64,000 nt of DNA from Chiloscyllium plagiosum (taxonomy: Eukaryota), in the NCBI RefSeq assembly GCF_004010195.1, contig NC_057711.1, positions 72,505,175 to 72,569,174 on the forward strand, written 5' to 3'. Both the position numbers and the translations under genes were made by a program. This document shows positions 49,822 through 62,927 of this stretch, one piece after another. The notes beneath the pieces were generated by a model. That model worked only from the letters and a program-made list of their open reading frames with translations, ran no database searches and was not told where the DNA came from. The first letter of the stretch is position 1. The number at the start of each line of letters is the position of its first letter.

Positions 49822-51541
49822 AAATGACACTGAGGCAAAAGTAGACATTGAGCCATTCCAAATTGATGCAGGAAGGCTAGTGCTGGGAGATAAGGAAATA
49901 GCTGAAGAACTTAATAAGTACTTTGTGTCAGTCTTCACAGTGGAAGACATGAGTAATATCCCAACAATTAAGGAGAGTCAGGGGGCTGAGTTGAGTATGG
50001 TAGCCATTACAAAAGAGAAAGTGCTAAAAAAGCTAAAAGGTCTAAAAATTGATAAATCTCCTGGCCCCGATGGGCTACATCCTAGAGTTCTGAGGGAGGT
50101 GGCTGAGGAAATAGCAGAGGCATTAGTTGTGATCTTTCAAAAATCACTGGAGTCAGGGAAAGTCCCAGAAGATTGGGAAATCACTGTTGTAATCCCCTTG
50201 TTCAAGAAAGGATCAAGAGAAAAGATGGAAAATTATAGGCCGATTAGCCTAATCTCGATTGTTGATAAAATTCTAGAACCCGACGTTAAGGATGAGATTT
50301 CTAAATTTTTTGAAGAGCAGAGTTGGATTCGAACAAGTTAGCGTGGATTTAATAAGGGGAGGTCATGCCTGACAAACCTGTTAGAATTCTTTGAAGATGT
50401 AACAAGGAGGTTAGACCAGGGAAACCCAGTGGATGTTATCTATCTAGATTTCCAAAAGACCTTTGATAAGGTGCTTCACGGGAAGCTGCTGAGTAAGGTG
50501 AGGGCTCATGGTGTTCGAGGTGAGCTATTGGCATGGATTGAGGATTGACTATCTGACAGAAGACAGAGAGTTGGGATAAAAGGTTTTTTTTCGGAATGGC
50601 AGCCAGTGACAAGTGGTGTCCCGCAGGGTTCAGTCTTGGTGTCGCAAATGTTCACTTTATATATTAATGAATGATGAAGGAACTGGGGGTATTCTTGCTA
50701 AGTTCGCTGAGAATACAAAGTTAGGTGGATAGGCAGGTAGTGTTGAGGAGGTGGGGAGGCTGCAGAAAGATTGAGACAGTTTAGGAGAGTGGTCCAGGAA
50801 ATGGCTGATGAGATTCAACGCGGCAAATGCGAGGTCATGCACTTTGGACAAAAAAATATAGGCATGGACTATTTTCTAAATGGTGAGGAAATTCATGAGG
50901 CAAAAGTACAAAGGGATCTGGGAGTGCTAGTGCAGGATTCTCTAAATGTTAACTTGCAGGTTGAGTCCGTGATTAAGAAAGTGAATGTAATGTTGTCAGT
51001 TATCTCAAGAGGGTTGGAATATAAAAACAGCGAAGTGCTTCTGAGACTTTATAAAGCTCTAGTTAGGCCCCATTTAGAATAATGTGTCCCTGGAATGGTA
51101 GGCCTACCATATGATGAACGGCAGAGGATTCTGGCATTGTATTCATTAGAGTTTACAAGGTTGAGGGGTGATCTAATAGAAGCTTACAAGATAATGCGTG
51201 GCTTAGAAAGGGTGGACGCTGGGAAGTTGTTTGTGTTAGGCGGGGAGACTAGGACCCGTGACTTCACCCTTAGAATTAGAGGGGTCAATTTAGAATGAAA
51301 ATGAGGAGGCATTTCTTCAGCCAGAAAGTGGCGGGCCTTTGGAATTCATTGCCACAGAGCACATTGGATGCCAGGATGTTAAATGTCTTCAAGGCAGAGA
51401 TTAACAAATTCTTGATCTCACTAGGACTTAAGGGATACAGGAAGAGTGCGGGTAAGTGGAGTTGAAATACCTATCAGCCATGAAGAGGACTCAATGAGCC
51501 GAATGGTCTTACTTCCACTTCCATGTCTTATGACCTTATGG
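49822..51541 (+). mobile_element. CR1 LINE ORF2 RT to 3' end (third subfamily)
   Basis: KSPGPDGLHPRVL, ENYRPISL, DFQKTFDKV, SGVPQGSVL, KFAENTKL, LVRPHLE; tail tcttatgaccttatg. Confidence 0.92.
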
Positions 51542-51689
51542 ACACTTTGTTAATTTCTGGTAAGATTTAAAGTTCTTGTTCAGACAGATGTCTTGGATTT
51601 TATTAACAACACTATTTATATTGATATAATGTCACAGACATACATATGGTCTGTATTCAATGTTTATTAAACATAGAAACAGACTTGGC

Positions 51690-52600
51690 CATTCAACCAA
51701 TAGCTGAGATAATCTTGGTGCCATGGATTTGTCTTTGACTACACTTCCCTGATGAACCATTACCATCACTAGCTCGCAAAGAGGAACACCGATTGTCCAA
51801 CATGATAGACTCAGGGGAGTCCTTTCTTATCTGCCTGGCTTTCTTGGACTTCCTGATAGTCATCCATTCCTTTCCTGCCTGTAGGCTTCTCGTCTGTGGT
51901 GTGACCACCTTCTTATACATGCTTTCCACAAACTGATCTACCTCATTGATGCACAAGAATGACTTCAGCTATTACTAAAATTCAGAAACCTGGAGCTCAA
52001 ACATGTGGAGGTGACATTTCCTACAAATGTGGTTGCCTGGGACACATGGTATATCCATGAATTCACACATACCACAGGATGTACAGTCCACTTTCCCCAG
52101 TTGATCTGCTACCCTTTAACTCTGAAAACGCTTTCTTACCCTTAGATTATGTATTAAGTTACTATAAAGCCTTACTAGCAACAACTTAAATTAATTTGTG
52201 TTAACTTTATTTTCCTTGGTTTACTTTAGTGTTATTTTACTTTGACTTGATTTAATTTTATCTCATTTGTGCTGGTATTCATTACTGAAATCTAAATAGC
52301 GATTTCTTCTTATAAATTACTTGTTTTTCTAGTTTTGATCTTTTTAAGGTCAGCCCCTAATTGCAGCATCTTGCTAACCAATATTCTGTGGCACCATTCT
52401 TGGTTTTTGTTTTCCTCACTCAGCCCAAGTAAAAGTGTTTCCCACAGTTTGCCTGCCTCAGCTCCCAGAGAGAGTGAAGACCCCAACCCTCGCTCCTCTC
52501 TATCCACTCCCTGAGTAAAAGTCTCCCACAGGTCTGGTTTTCTTTGTTCCCAGGAGGTAAGTGATGCTACTGTACATAACATGCAGATAACTGACTGGAC
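51690..52600 (-). mobile_element. CR1 5' fragment: 5' UTR and ORF1 N-terminus
   Basis: VDCTSCGMCE..PGNHICRKC (CxxC..CxxC), then EVDQFVESMYKKVVTP..WMTIRK..SPESIMLDNR. Confidence 0.75.
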
Positions 52601-54006
52601 AAACACACTACATAGGCTCTGTTGCTCTGAGAGAATGACTGGACGTGAGGAGGTTGCCTTTATATTTGAACGTTACTTGTTGTGATGTCATGCAGCCACC
52701 TTGAATAAATATTTCATCGTATTACTCTGCATTATGTATTCTTTTAATAAAAATGAGAGGTTTTGTTTAATATAAAATAAGTATTTGAATATAAACGCCA
52801 TGGGATTTTTGCTTAGGTTCATAGAGTTTATAACATGCAAAGTGGTACCATATGCCTTTAGTTAGTCCAAGTCATCTTGAAACTCTCAGCTCTACATGCT
52901 ATGTCTTTCAGGCAGAAATTAAGACACCAATAATAATATCAATTTTCACCTGTACCTGAAACAACAAACAGGAATAATAGGCGGCCAACTTTGTAGATGA
53001 TTTAATAAATGATAAATGAAGTGTAATGGAACACCTGAATGTCTCAGACCTGTGACAGGACCCAGGAAAGTAAAACGCATTCTATCCATTGTATTTTTTG
53101 TGAATTATTTCATGTGGCAGGATTTATCAAAAGGAGTGCTGTGTCAATTCAAAGCACGTTAACATGTTGCAGAATAAAACATCCAGAAGTATATATCTGC
53201 AGTAGCCAACATGAGTTACGAGAAACATGTCCACAAGTCAGGCTGACCAGATAAGATATGAGTGACAACCTTATTATTAGGTTTTAGCTAGCTTCACAAA
53301 TGGAAGAAGTAATCATTATCTCACTGAAAGCCAGAGTGTACTCTGCTTGTAATACTTGTATGTCTATAGAATTAAGAAATAATTGTAGCTATCACATTTA
53401 TATTTATTGTAGTCCATGAAACTCAGCTGTGCACTTAATCAGCATAGCGTCATCTTTGTAAAATTATGATTGTTTTAACCATTGCCATTTCTCTACACAA
53501 GAGTTATAAATTGCATTAGATTCATCTTACTAACATAATCACTACTGAACAGCCTTGTCCTGTTTTTCAATTGCCTCATGGCCACACTGGGTAATTAATT
53601 ACACAGAGAACTGGAAATCTCAGAAATTCACTTATAAATTATATTACCTTCAAAAAGGCCTTGTTTTAGTATAAGGGTCACTACAGAAATTGGGTGCAGT
53701 GAAATAAGTATTTAAAACACAGAAAGTAATGTATTTTGCAATCAGAAAGATGAGGAATAAGTACATTTAATTCCCCAAAATAAAAGAATAAAATTGATAG
53801 TAGAACAGAAAACCTTTGTGATATTTCCCTGAAATTTTAATAACATTTTCTGGAAGTGATAAGCTCAAAACAAAACAGTGAAATCCCACAGCAAATAATT
53901 AGTCAGCAATTGTAGAGTGATGCTGTAAATTAACAGTTCAGGTTCCATCGTCAGAGCAGGAAAGAATTACTGATGAACAACATTTATAAGAATCAGAATA
54001 GAACAC

Positions 54007-54125
54007 AGTGCTCTTATGACACAGTCATAGAGTCCCACCCTGTGAGACAGGAGACCTGGGTTCAAGTTCCAGAAATATATAATAATATCCAAAAATATGT
54101 AGTAACATCTCTGAAAAGATTGAGT
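54007..54125 (+). mobile_element. Short degenerate tRNA-head SINE-like repeat
   Basis: gagacctgggttcaagttcc B-box-like; similar to 1875-1970. Confidence 0.4.
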
Positions 54126-56366
54126 AGAAAATATCTGTACAAAGGGAAGAGGAAAAAAAACACAGGTATACACATGCATGTACATATGCACACGAACAAG
54201 GAATGAGAATGATTGTAAAAGTACTTAAATGGAATAGTGAAAATAACTTATGAAATTTGCAGACATAGTGGAGCTGTTTAGAAAAGTGATCATCTGAATT
54301 GTATTTGATCTGCTCATGGAAAAGAGGAGTGCACCATGACAGTAGGTACAAAATATGACAGCAGGACTTGTGAAATGCAAGTTCTGTTACCTTTCAGCAA
54401 TAATACTGTCTTAGCAAGGGGGTTTCAGTATAACATTGAATTAGACCTGACAATGCAAAGACTTAAAAGAAGATAAATGAGCGGGGGAAAAGAGAGTACA
54501 AGTTGCCATGACCGATAGTCTCAGTGAAAACATCAGGACAACATAGACATTCTGGGGACAACTGGTATTTAATTGGGATCAAGAAGAGTGTCAGACACGA
54601 GGGAGGATGTTACCTGGCCAAAAGGTAGGCATGAAAGTGCTGGAATCTGTTATGTTCAGTAAAAATCAAAATTACTTATGGCCTACAGGAATTAGTTTAT
54701 TGTTATTAATCACGTGCACTTTCTTAACTGCGCAGAGAGCAATGAGTGTTGCGTTGAAAGCATACATGTTGACTGAAATGAGAATGATTGAAAACATCTT
54801 TCCCACTCATATCAGAAGAAATCTGCAAACCATAGCTTGGCTTTTTATTACTGCTTCCATTATTTGCTCAGGCCAGGTGACAAGAAATCAAAATGTCACT
54901 TAGCTAAGGCCAAAGGTGATGCTGCTACTGCCCTAACACCTCATTCAACCACAACAGTTACTAATGTGTATCTTACTGCTGGCTAGTAATTATCTTGAGC
55001 ATGTGTGATAAACCCATGTTAATCAGATCAGTCTGCCAGCATTTGGAATTCAGTCCCCAATGAAGTAAAATCTGATAAGGGGGAGAAGTAAAACTAAATT
55101 TGCAGTATTAAATGTTAGAAACCAATGCTGTCACTCAGGTACAAAAGGTTTTCAAGCCACTGTCTGATTCTTACATACTTCTATGAACTACTTATATGCG
55201 CAATGTTTATTCAGCATGTCAAGAAAATGAAATGAATGGTTTGAATCAGCAGAAAGATGAGAGGTGGACAGCATAAGCAAGAGAAAGACAGATTGAGAGA
55301 GCATAAATGAGCAGGGAGGAGAAGACCAGATAAAAAACGCAACACTTACTGGTTGCAGTCATCCTCACAGCAAATTACTCAGTGAGATTCTTTTAACTTT
55401 ATGACTTATTCATAAACATTTACTGAACAAATTCAGGAAAGTTGACTGCATTCTATAGGTTATGCAGTAAAAACATTAATTTGTACTACCCTATTGTATC
55501 TCCTTTTTATAAATTGCAGTTTGATTTTGTTAATGTACAAAACCCCAAGCTCTGCTCCCTTCCAGTCGTAAATAGCATAGCATTTACTACTCCTTTAATG
55601 GTCAAAAAAATGCTCTGTAGATTGATGATAGAACGCTGTTTCTTCCCAAGAATTACTGCGATGAATATTCAAATAATGAGTAATGCACTTGACAGAACCA
55701 GCTCCCCAGAAGTTTGGCAAATGTTCAAACATGTGTGTAAATATCGCTGCAATGTTAAGCTTTGTATTTTGTTCCTGAATTTTAGCTCTGCTCAAAGCTG
55801 AATAAGATTGTCAAACCTGTAGAGGCAAATGTCATTGAAACAAAACTCTCTGATGTTAACATTAATTTTTCTGGAAAATTCTGAGGGATTTATGACCTTA
55901 ACAAGAGTTACTAATTGTGTTTATTTTCTTAGACCAGCAGCATCATCGATACAATTACAGACATGCAGAAAGAACAGTTTACATATTTTTGGATGAATTA
56001 TTGAGGTAATTATTATGAGCTGACATGATGGAATACTGAAATAGAACAAAACCACAAATTGCTGCAAATATGCAACAGAGCTATCAACCTTCCAACCAAG
56101 AAACAACAGACTAATGTTTTGGGGAGACAAGCTATAGATTAAACATTCCAAATCCTTTCTATCTGCAATTTTCACTGAAACTTTTCTTCCCAATATCCCT
56201 TCCACATTAATCTCCTACACTGCTCCAACACAATGTTCAGAGTGATGATAATGATTCTGTTAGTCAATTGCTTACAAGGGATAGTTATCAGAAAAAAAAC
56301 ATTGGTTGCAGTTATTCTCAGTTTCTTGCAAGAACCATTTTCTGTTAGGGATTCAGAATTGAAAAG

Positions 56367-57235
56367 TCATGTCATGTTTCATGGCATATCACATTGCATC
56401 ACAGTTTAAATCATTTCACATTTGCAACAGTGTCAATGGTGCAGCGCATCTCTCAGTGTGATATGTATTATATCACATTCTACATTTTATTGCAGTTTGT
56501 TCTATGTTAAGTTTAAAATGTATCATGACATGCATTGCATCACTGCATCGTTGCATGTTATAGGTGCTGCCACACTATGCAATGTCATGTTTTCTGCAAT
56601 AATGCATTATGTCATACCATGTTTCTCAATGCACAGTACACATCATGTCAAAGTTCTTGTCATGTTTGACATTTCAAGTCTTGCTTTACACCACATCATA
56701 TTTCATATCATCATGTTTCACATTGTGCCACCTTTCAAATCGTAACACATTTAAAAACATGATGCATTAAATATAATTTCAAATTGCACATTTTTACATT
56801 TCACGTCATACATCAATTCCTACATCATATTATGTTCCAAATTTTCTTGGCTTGCTTTATGTAACATCATGTTTATACTATGTCATATTTCACATCTCAT
56901 CATATTTTAATCATGTCATATTTTATGGCACATTACACTTCACATTGTATTATGTCTCATTGTTGCAGATTTCACATCAGATTTTAATTCCTGACCTAGT
57001 TCCTCCAGGTTACATTAAATCATGCCTCATTTTACATCATGACATGTTATCTGCTGTTACAATTTATGTGTTGTCAGTTTTATAAACTGCCATGATTTAT
57101 GCCACACCATGAAAATCATGTTTTACACCATGCCAACTATTATGTCACATCATGTTTCATGCCATGTTCCACATTATGTCAAATTTCATGCCATATCATA
57201 TTTCATTTCATGCAGCATCATCCTTGAAGCATGAC
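56367..57235. repeat. Highly diverged low-complexity tandem array (CAT/CATGT/TCACA-rich)
   Basis: Recurrent tcatgtt, tcacat, catcat motifs over about 870 bp. Confidence 0.7.
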
Positions 57236-57639
57236 AACCTTCTACATCCATATTAGGTGGGGTTTGCCCTTTTTTGTAAAGGTGTGGGGGCAAACGTGTA
57301 ATATGGCAAAAAACATGGCACCTCCAGCCCCAATAAAACCTATCCAATCAGCTGCCAGTCAGCACACTAAGAGCTGATGGGTAAGTATGGGCATCTTTCT
57401 GGGCCTATCACAAGCCTCAACACTGGTGCCCTGGATTGCCAGAACCTGCTGGTCAACCAAACACTGGCATTTTCTGGGTCTTGAAGTCCAATGGTCCGTG
57501 CCTAATCCTCAGGAGATTCAGCAGGAAGAAAGTCAATGCGTTTTATACTCTTATTGCTAGGTAGGTGCCATGGGTGTCAAGACACATTTTGGTTCTCAGA
57601 TATTAAACAACCTTTAAAAGCTGATGCCAGGGGTTCAGC

Positions 57640-59280
57640 TGAGATGACAGAGGGCAGAATACTGTGCAATACAGTCAAGAGCAGTCATGTCATGAACTGA
57701 GCCTTGGTTGATGAGATCCTCAAAATGCTCTTTCTATTGAGCTCTGACTACTTTTTGTTTTTGATGACCATCACTCCATTCTTAGCTCTTAATGGAGTGG
57801 TTTTTTTGGTGGTTGTGCCATAGGTTGATCTTGACAACACTGAAGCATCCACACATATTATTGCTGTCAGTAAGCTGCAGTAGTTCTTGCAATTTTTCTG
57901 TGGACCATCTGTTATCTAGATAACAGTTTTGTTTTTCATGTGTACATTGGCCTTTATTTGCCTACAGAGCTGCTTTCTTTCCTTTAGGTTTTAGTGGTGT
58001 TTCCAGTTCAGGAACATCTTGCAATTGTGATTTAGTAGCCACTTGACAACATTTCTGTCTGAGCATTGGACTACATGAATGTTTGTATCACCTGCCCTAT
58101 GACAAGAGCTGACCAATCACTGTCCATCAGCCTGGCCCAAAAACAGCAGAAGCACTGTCTTTGGGAATTCAATGTCAATAGACTCCAGGACCATGTAGAG
58201 AAACACTGATTCAAGGTGCATGGTCCACCCTCAAATCCATTAGTAGCATCTAGATCTCCGGGTCATTCCCAACAATCAGTCTTGATATTTCCTCATAGAG
58301 AAACCTTGAGTCTCCTTGCAAGCTTAGGGATGGATTTGAGGGTTCTTTTACATTAGATTAGATTAGATTATTTACAGTGTGGAAACAGGCCCTTCGGCCA
58401 AAAAGTCCACACCAACCCGCTGGATGTAATCCATCCAGACTCATTCGCTTACATTTACCCCTTCACCTAACACTACGGGCAATTTAGCATGGCCAATTCA
58501 CCTAACCTGCACATTTTTGGACTGTGGGAGGAAACCAGAGCACCCGGAGGAAACCCACGCAGACATGGGGAGAATGTGCAAACTCCACACAATCAGTCGC
58601 CTGAGGCAGTTGACCAGGCACTGTGGACAATCTGTGGTTTCTGGTTATTAAACGTTGCCAAGTTAACTGTGTGACACTGATTGAATCAGTGTTTTTCTAC
58701 ATAGTCCTTGAGTCTATTGACATTGAATTGCCAGAGACAGTCCTTCTGCTGTTTCTGGGCCAGGCTGATGGAGGTAATGTGTAGATTGGGCACTGATTGG
58801 TCAGCTCTTGTCATAGTGCAGGTGATATGAACATTCCTGCAGTCCAATGCTCAGACAGCAATGTAGTCAAGCGGCTACTAATGTTAGCATGAGGGTGCTG
58901 CCATTAGGTCTTGTCCATCTGATGTATAAATGTGTTTTATATGACCAGACCATGCTCTAGACATTTGATTAGAATGGTGTCTGTTTCCTTTCCTTATGCC
59001 ATCCTTGCCAATTATGCTTTTCCAAAGTTTTGTGTCCTCCTCAATTCTGGCATTTAAATCACTAAGGAGAATAAATATGTCTCCCCTTATGACATTGGGC
59101 AACAGATCAAGACAGGAGTAGAATTCTCTTTGGCCTCATCTACTGCTTCCTGTATTGAGGTGTATGCACTAATGACTGTATGTACTGTGAGTTAGGTTAA
59201 GCTGATGTGTCATGAGGTTGTTTATCCCAAGAGGGGTTTGTTGATATGTTAATTGGCCTGTGTTTTAAGGCGAAGCTAAG
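57640..59280 (-). mobile_element. Decayed RTE-clade LINE endonuclease region (HE1 inserted at 58348-58607)
   Basis: ISAYTS..DEAKE and RGDIFILLSDLNARIEEDTKLWKSIIGKDGIRKGN match the RTE APE pattern GDFNARVG...W.G.IG..G.G..N. Confidence 0.7.
58348..58607 (-). mobile_element. HE1-type SINE (5' truncated)
   Basis: (ttaga)n tail, gtggaaacaggcccttcggcc, V-domain. Confidence 0.9.
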
Positions 59281-59295
59281 TCATAGAAGCTTTTT

Positions 59296-59445
59296 GTGAC
59301 GTTTCAAGTCCATTGACCCGTCACCAGATTTTGGATTACTGGACTCAAAGCAATTTTATCTCCACAGATAATGCCAAACATGCTAATGTTCTCCAGTATT
59401 TTCTGTTTTAATTTCAGATCTCCAGCATCCTCACTTCTTTGTTTT
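59296..59445. mobile_element. Penelope pseudo-LTR remnant of a different family, with an inverted hammerhead-like piece
   Basis: Minus 59296-59329 reads AU-CUGGUGA-C-GGGUC(AAUG)GACUU-GAAAC-GUC; plus strand continues ..tctccacaga..tttcagatctccagcatc. Confidence 0.55.
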
Positions 59446-59454
59446 ATCATACAA

Positions 59455-60080
59455 ACATTTAGCCTTCGAGCCTGCTCCACCATTCAAAATGATCAAGGCT
59501 GAACATCCAACTCAGTACCCTGTTACTGCTTTCTTCCGATTCCCTTTCATCCCAATAGTCCTAAGAGCCATAGCTGATTCCTTCTGGAAAATGTTAGATG
59601 TTTCACCTCAACGGCCTTTGGTGGCAGAGGATCACCACTCTCTGGGTGAAGGAATTTCTCCTCATCTCAGTTCTAAATGACTTATGCTGTATCACCAAAC
59701 TGTGACTCCTGACTTTGGATTCCCTGGTCTTCGGAAACATCATTCTTGTGTTTACCATGTCTGGTCCAGTTAGAATTTTATAGGTTTCTAAGAGATCCCT
59801 CCCATTCTTCTAAACTGGATGAATATAATCCTAACTGATCCGGTCTCTCTTCGTATTTGAGTCCTGCCATCCCAGGAATGAGTCTAGTAAATCTTCATTG
59901 CACTCTCCATTGCCTGGATACTCATCCTCAGAAAAAGAGACCTAACTGTAAAAAAAACTCCAGCTGTGGTCTTACAAAGGCAATACACAATAGTGGAAGA
60001 CATTCTTACTCCTATACTCAAAACCTTGCATACGAATGCCAATTTGCCATTTGCCTTCTTCACGTGCATGCTTACTTTCA
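59455..60080 (-). mobile_element. Degenerate CR1 3' fragment
   Basis: HVKKANGKLAFV; cctgctccaccattcaa tail region. Confidence 0.75.
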
Positions 60081-60081
60081 G

Positions 60082-61600
60082 TCAAGACAGAGGGTAAAGA
60101 AAAATTAGAGGACTATAGACCAGTGAGCCTGACATCAGTAGTGGGTAAGTTGCAGGTGGGCATTCTGATGGATAAGATCTATATGTATTGAAAAAGCAAG
60201 GACTGATTAGAGATAGTCATCAAGGCTTTGTGTGTGGGAAATTGTGTCTCAATAACATTACTGAGTTTTGGAAGAAATGATAAAGAAGATTGGTGAAGGC
60301 AGAGCAGCAAGTATTGAGTATATGGACTTCAGCAAGGTGTTCAACAAGGTTTTGCATGGGAAACTAGTTAGCAAGGTTAGGCCACATGGAATCCAGGGCG
60401 GTGCGGTGGCACAGTGGTAAGCACTGCTGCCTCACAGCGCCAGAGACCTGGGTTCAATTCCCGCCTCAGGCAACTGTCTGTGTGGAGTTTGCTCATTCTC
60501 CCCGTTTATTCGTGGGATTCCTCTGGGTGTTCCGGTTTCCTCCTACAGTCCAAAGATGTGCAGGTTAGGTGAATTGGCCATGCTAAATTGCCCATAGTGT
60601 TAGGTGAGGGGGTAAATGTAGGGGTCTGGGTTGCTCTTTGGAGGGTCGGTGTGGACTTGTTGAGCTGAAGGGCCTGTTTCCACACTGCAAGTAATCTAAA
60701 AAAAAAATTAGCCATTTGGAAACAAAATTGGCTTTGAGTTAGGAGACAGAGGATGGAAGGTTGTTTTTTGGACTGAAGGCCTGTGTTGCAAGGTTCAGTG
60801 CTGAATCTGTTGCTTTTTGTCATTTATATCAGTTGTTTAGATGTGAATAAAGGAGGAATGGTTAGTACGGTTGCATATGATACCAAAATTGGTAGTGTAG
60901 TCAACAGTGAAGAATGCTATCTCAGAATAAAATAGGACTTTGATCAGATGGTTCAATGGGCTGAGGTGCCGCAGATGGAGTTTAATTTAGATAAATGTGA
61001 GGTGTTGCATTTTGCTAAGGCAAATCAGGGTGTGACTTATGCAGTTAGTGGTAGGGTCCCGGGTGTGTTGTTGCACAAAGAAACCTTGGAGTACAGGTTC
61101 ATAGTTCCTTGAACTTGGAGTTGCACGTAGACAGGATAGTGAAGAAGGTATTTGGTATGCTTGCCTTTGTTGGTCAGTGCATTGCGAATAGATGCCATGT
61201 TGCAGCTGTACATGACTTTGGTTGGGCCACTTTTGGAGTACTGCATTTAATTCTGGTCTCCCTGCTGCAGGAAAGGTGTTAATAAAACTTGAAAGAGCGC
61301 AGAAAAGATTTACAAGGAAGTGGCCAGGTTTGGAGGGTTTGAGCTATGGGGAGAGTCTGATGGTCTGGGGCTATTTTCCCTGGAGCGTTGGAGGTTGAGG
61401 GGTGACCTCATAGAGGTTTTTAAAATCATGAGGGGCGTGGATAGGGTGAATAGACAAGGTCTTTTTCCCAGAGTAAAGGAGCCCAAAACTAGAAGGCATG
61501 GGGTTAAGGTGAGAGGGGAACATTTTAAAAGGGACCTGAGGGGCAATGTTTTCAAGCAGAAGGTGGCGCATGTATGGAATGAGCTGGCAGAGTAAGTGGT
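60082..61600 (+). mobile_element. CR1/HER1 RT fragment (HE1 inserted at 60396-60707)
   Basis: DYRPVSLTSVVGKL, MDFSKVFNKV, DKCEVLHF, RWRLRGDLIEVFKIM..VWNEL. Confidence 0.9.
60396..60707 (+). mobile_element. HE1-type SINE, full length
   Basis: A-box TGGCACAGTGG, B-box GGTTCAATTCC, V-domain, tail gggcctgtttccacactg..taatctaaaa. Confidence 0.93.
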
Positions 61601-61601
61601 G

Positions 61602-62927
61602 GAGCTGAAAATGTGTTGCTGGAAAAGCGCAGCAGGTCAGGCAGCATCCAAGGAACAGGACAATCGACGTTTCGGGCATAAGCCCTTATTCAAGGACTGC
61701 TCCCTCCCCGACTCCTTCTTTTGGTCCACTCTCCCCACTAATACCCCCTCTACAGCTGGCACTGTTCCCTGCTGCTGTAAGAGGTGTAAAGCCTGCACCC
61801 ACACCTCCCTTCTCACCTCAGTCCAAGGCCACAAAGGGGCATTCCAAATCTGGCAGAGATTTATTTGTACATCCTCCAACCTCATTTATTGCATCCAGTG
61901 CTCTCGATGTGGTTCCCCCTACATCGGAGAGACCGAAACTCGGGGAACAGTTCAGAAAACATCTCTGGTCCGTACGTACAAACCAACCCCACCACCCTGT
62001 GGCCATCTATTTCAACTCCCCCTCCTACTCCGAGGACATACCCATTCTGGGCCTCCTCCACCCCCACCGACAGAACGCCACCCACAAAATGGAGGAGGAA
62101 CACCTTATCTTCTACTTCGGGAGTCTATAACCCCACGGCATGAATATTGAATTCACCAGTTTCCAAATCTTCTCTCCCTCCACCCCATCCCACTTCCAAC
62201 CCTCTGACTCAGATCCACACTCTTGATCTGACCTATCTGTCCATCTTCCCTCCCACCTATCCTCTCCACATTTCCCATCAACCTATTGCCATAACCTCCT
62301 ACGTTTACCTACCTAACACTATCCCACCTACCTTCCCCCAAGCCCCACCCCTCCTTGCCCTCAGTTATCTCTCAGCCCCTTTCCTTCTCCACATTCCTGA
62401 AGAAGAGCTTATGTCCAAAACATCTATTCTCCTGCTCCTTGGGAGCACTGATACAGTCATCGATGTAGCAGTGCACGAGGGACTGTTCTATGTATCCTAT
62501 AAAGAGGCAGACATAGCTGGGACCCATACAGGTGCCCATAGCCACCCCTTTGGTTTGTAGGAAGTGGGAGGATTGAAAGGAGAAATTGTTGAGGGTAAGG
62601 ACCAGTTCTGCCAATCGAATGAGAATATCGGTGGAAGAGGGCTAGCTGGGCCGGTGGGAAAGAAAGAAACAGAGGGCTTTGGGCCTTCCTTGTGGGGGAT
62701 GCAGGTTTAGAAGGATTGGATGTCCACATCCCACCTAACTTTCCCCTACCTTCACTCTCTTCCATTTATCTCTCAGCCCCCTCCCTCCTCCCTAATCCTA
62801 AAAAAGGGTTATGCCTGTAACGTCGACTCTCCTGCTGCTCAGATGCTGCCTGACGTGCTGTGCTTTTTCTAGTGCCACGCTTTATGCACTCTGACTCTCC
62901 AGCATCTGCAGGCCTCACTTTCTCTTA
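61602..62927 (+). mobile_element. Rearranged Penelope-like element: inverted pLTR, GIY-YIG, pLTR, inverted RT piece, pLTR
   Basis: CKRCKAC..FICTSSNLIYCIQCSRCGSPYIGET..H..VAIYFNS..EEHLIFYFGSL; minus 62442-62730 LTLNNFSF..FLQTKGVAMGTCMGPSY..YIDDC. Confidence 0.92.

Noticed and set aside
55345..55385. Minus-strand ICCEDDCN resembling a Ly6/three-finger C-terminus
   Set aside because: In-frame stop two codons upstream and no other domain cysteines or acceptor
60396..60470. tRNA gene
   Set aside because: The A and B boxes belong to the HE1 SINE head; no complete cloverleaf is visible
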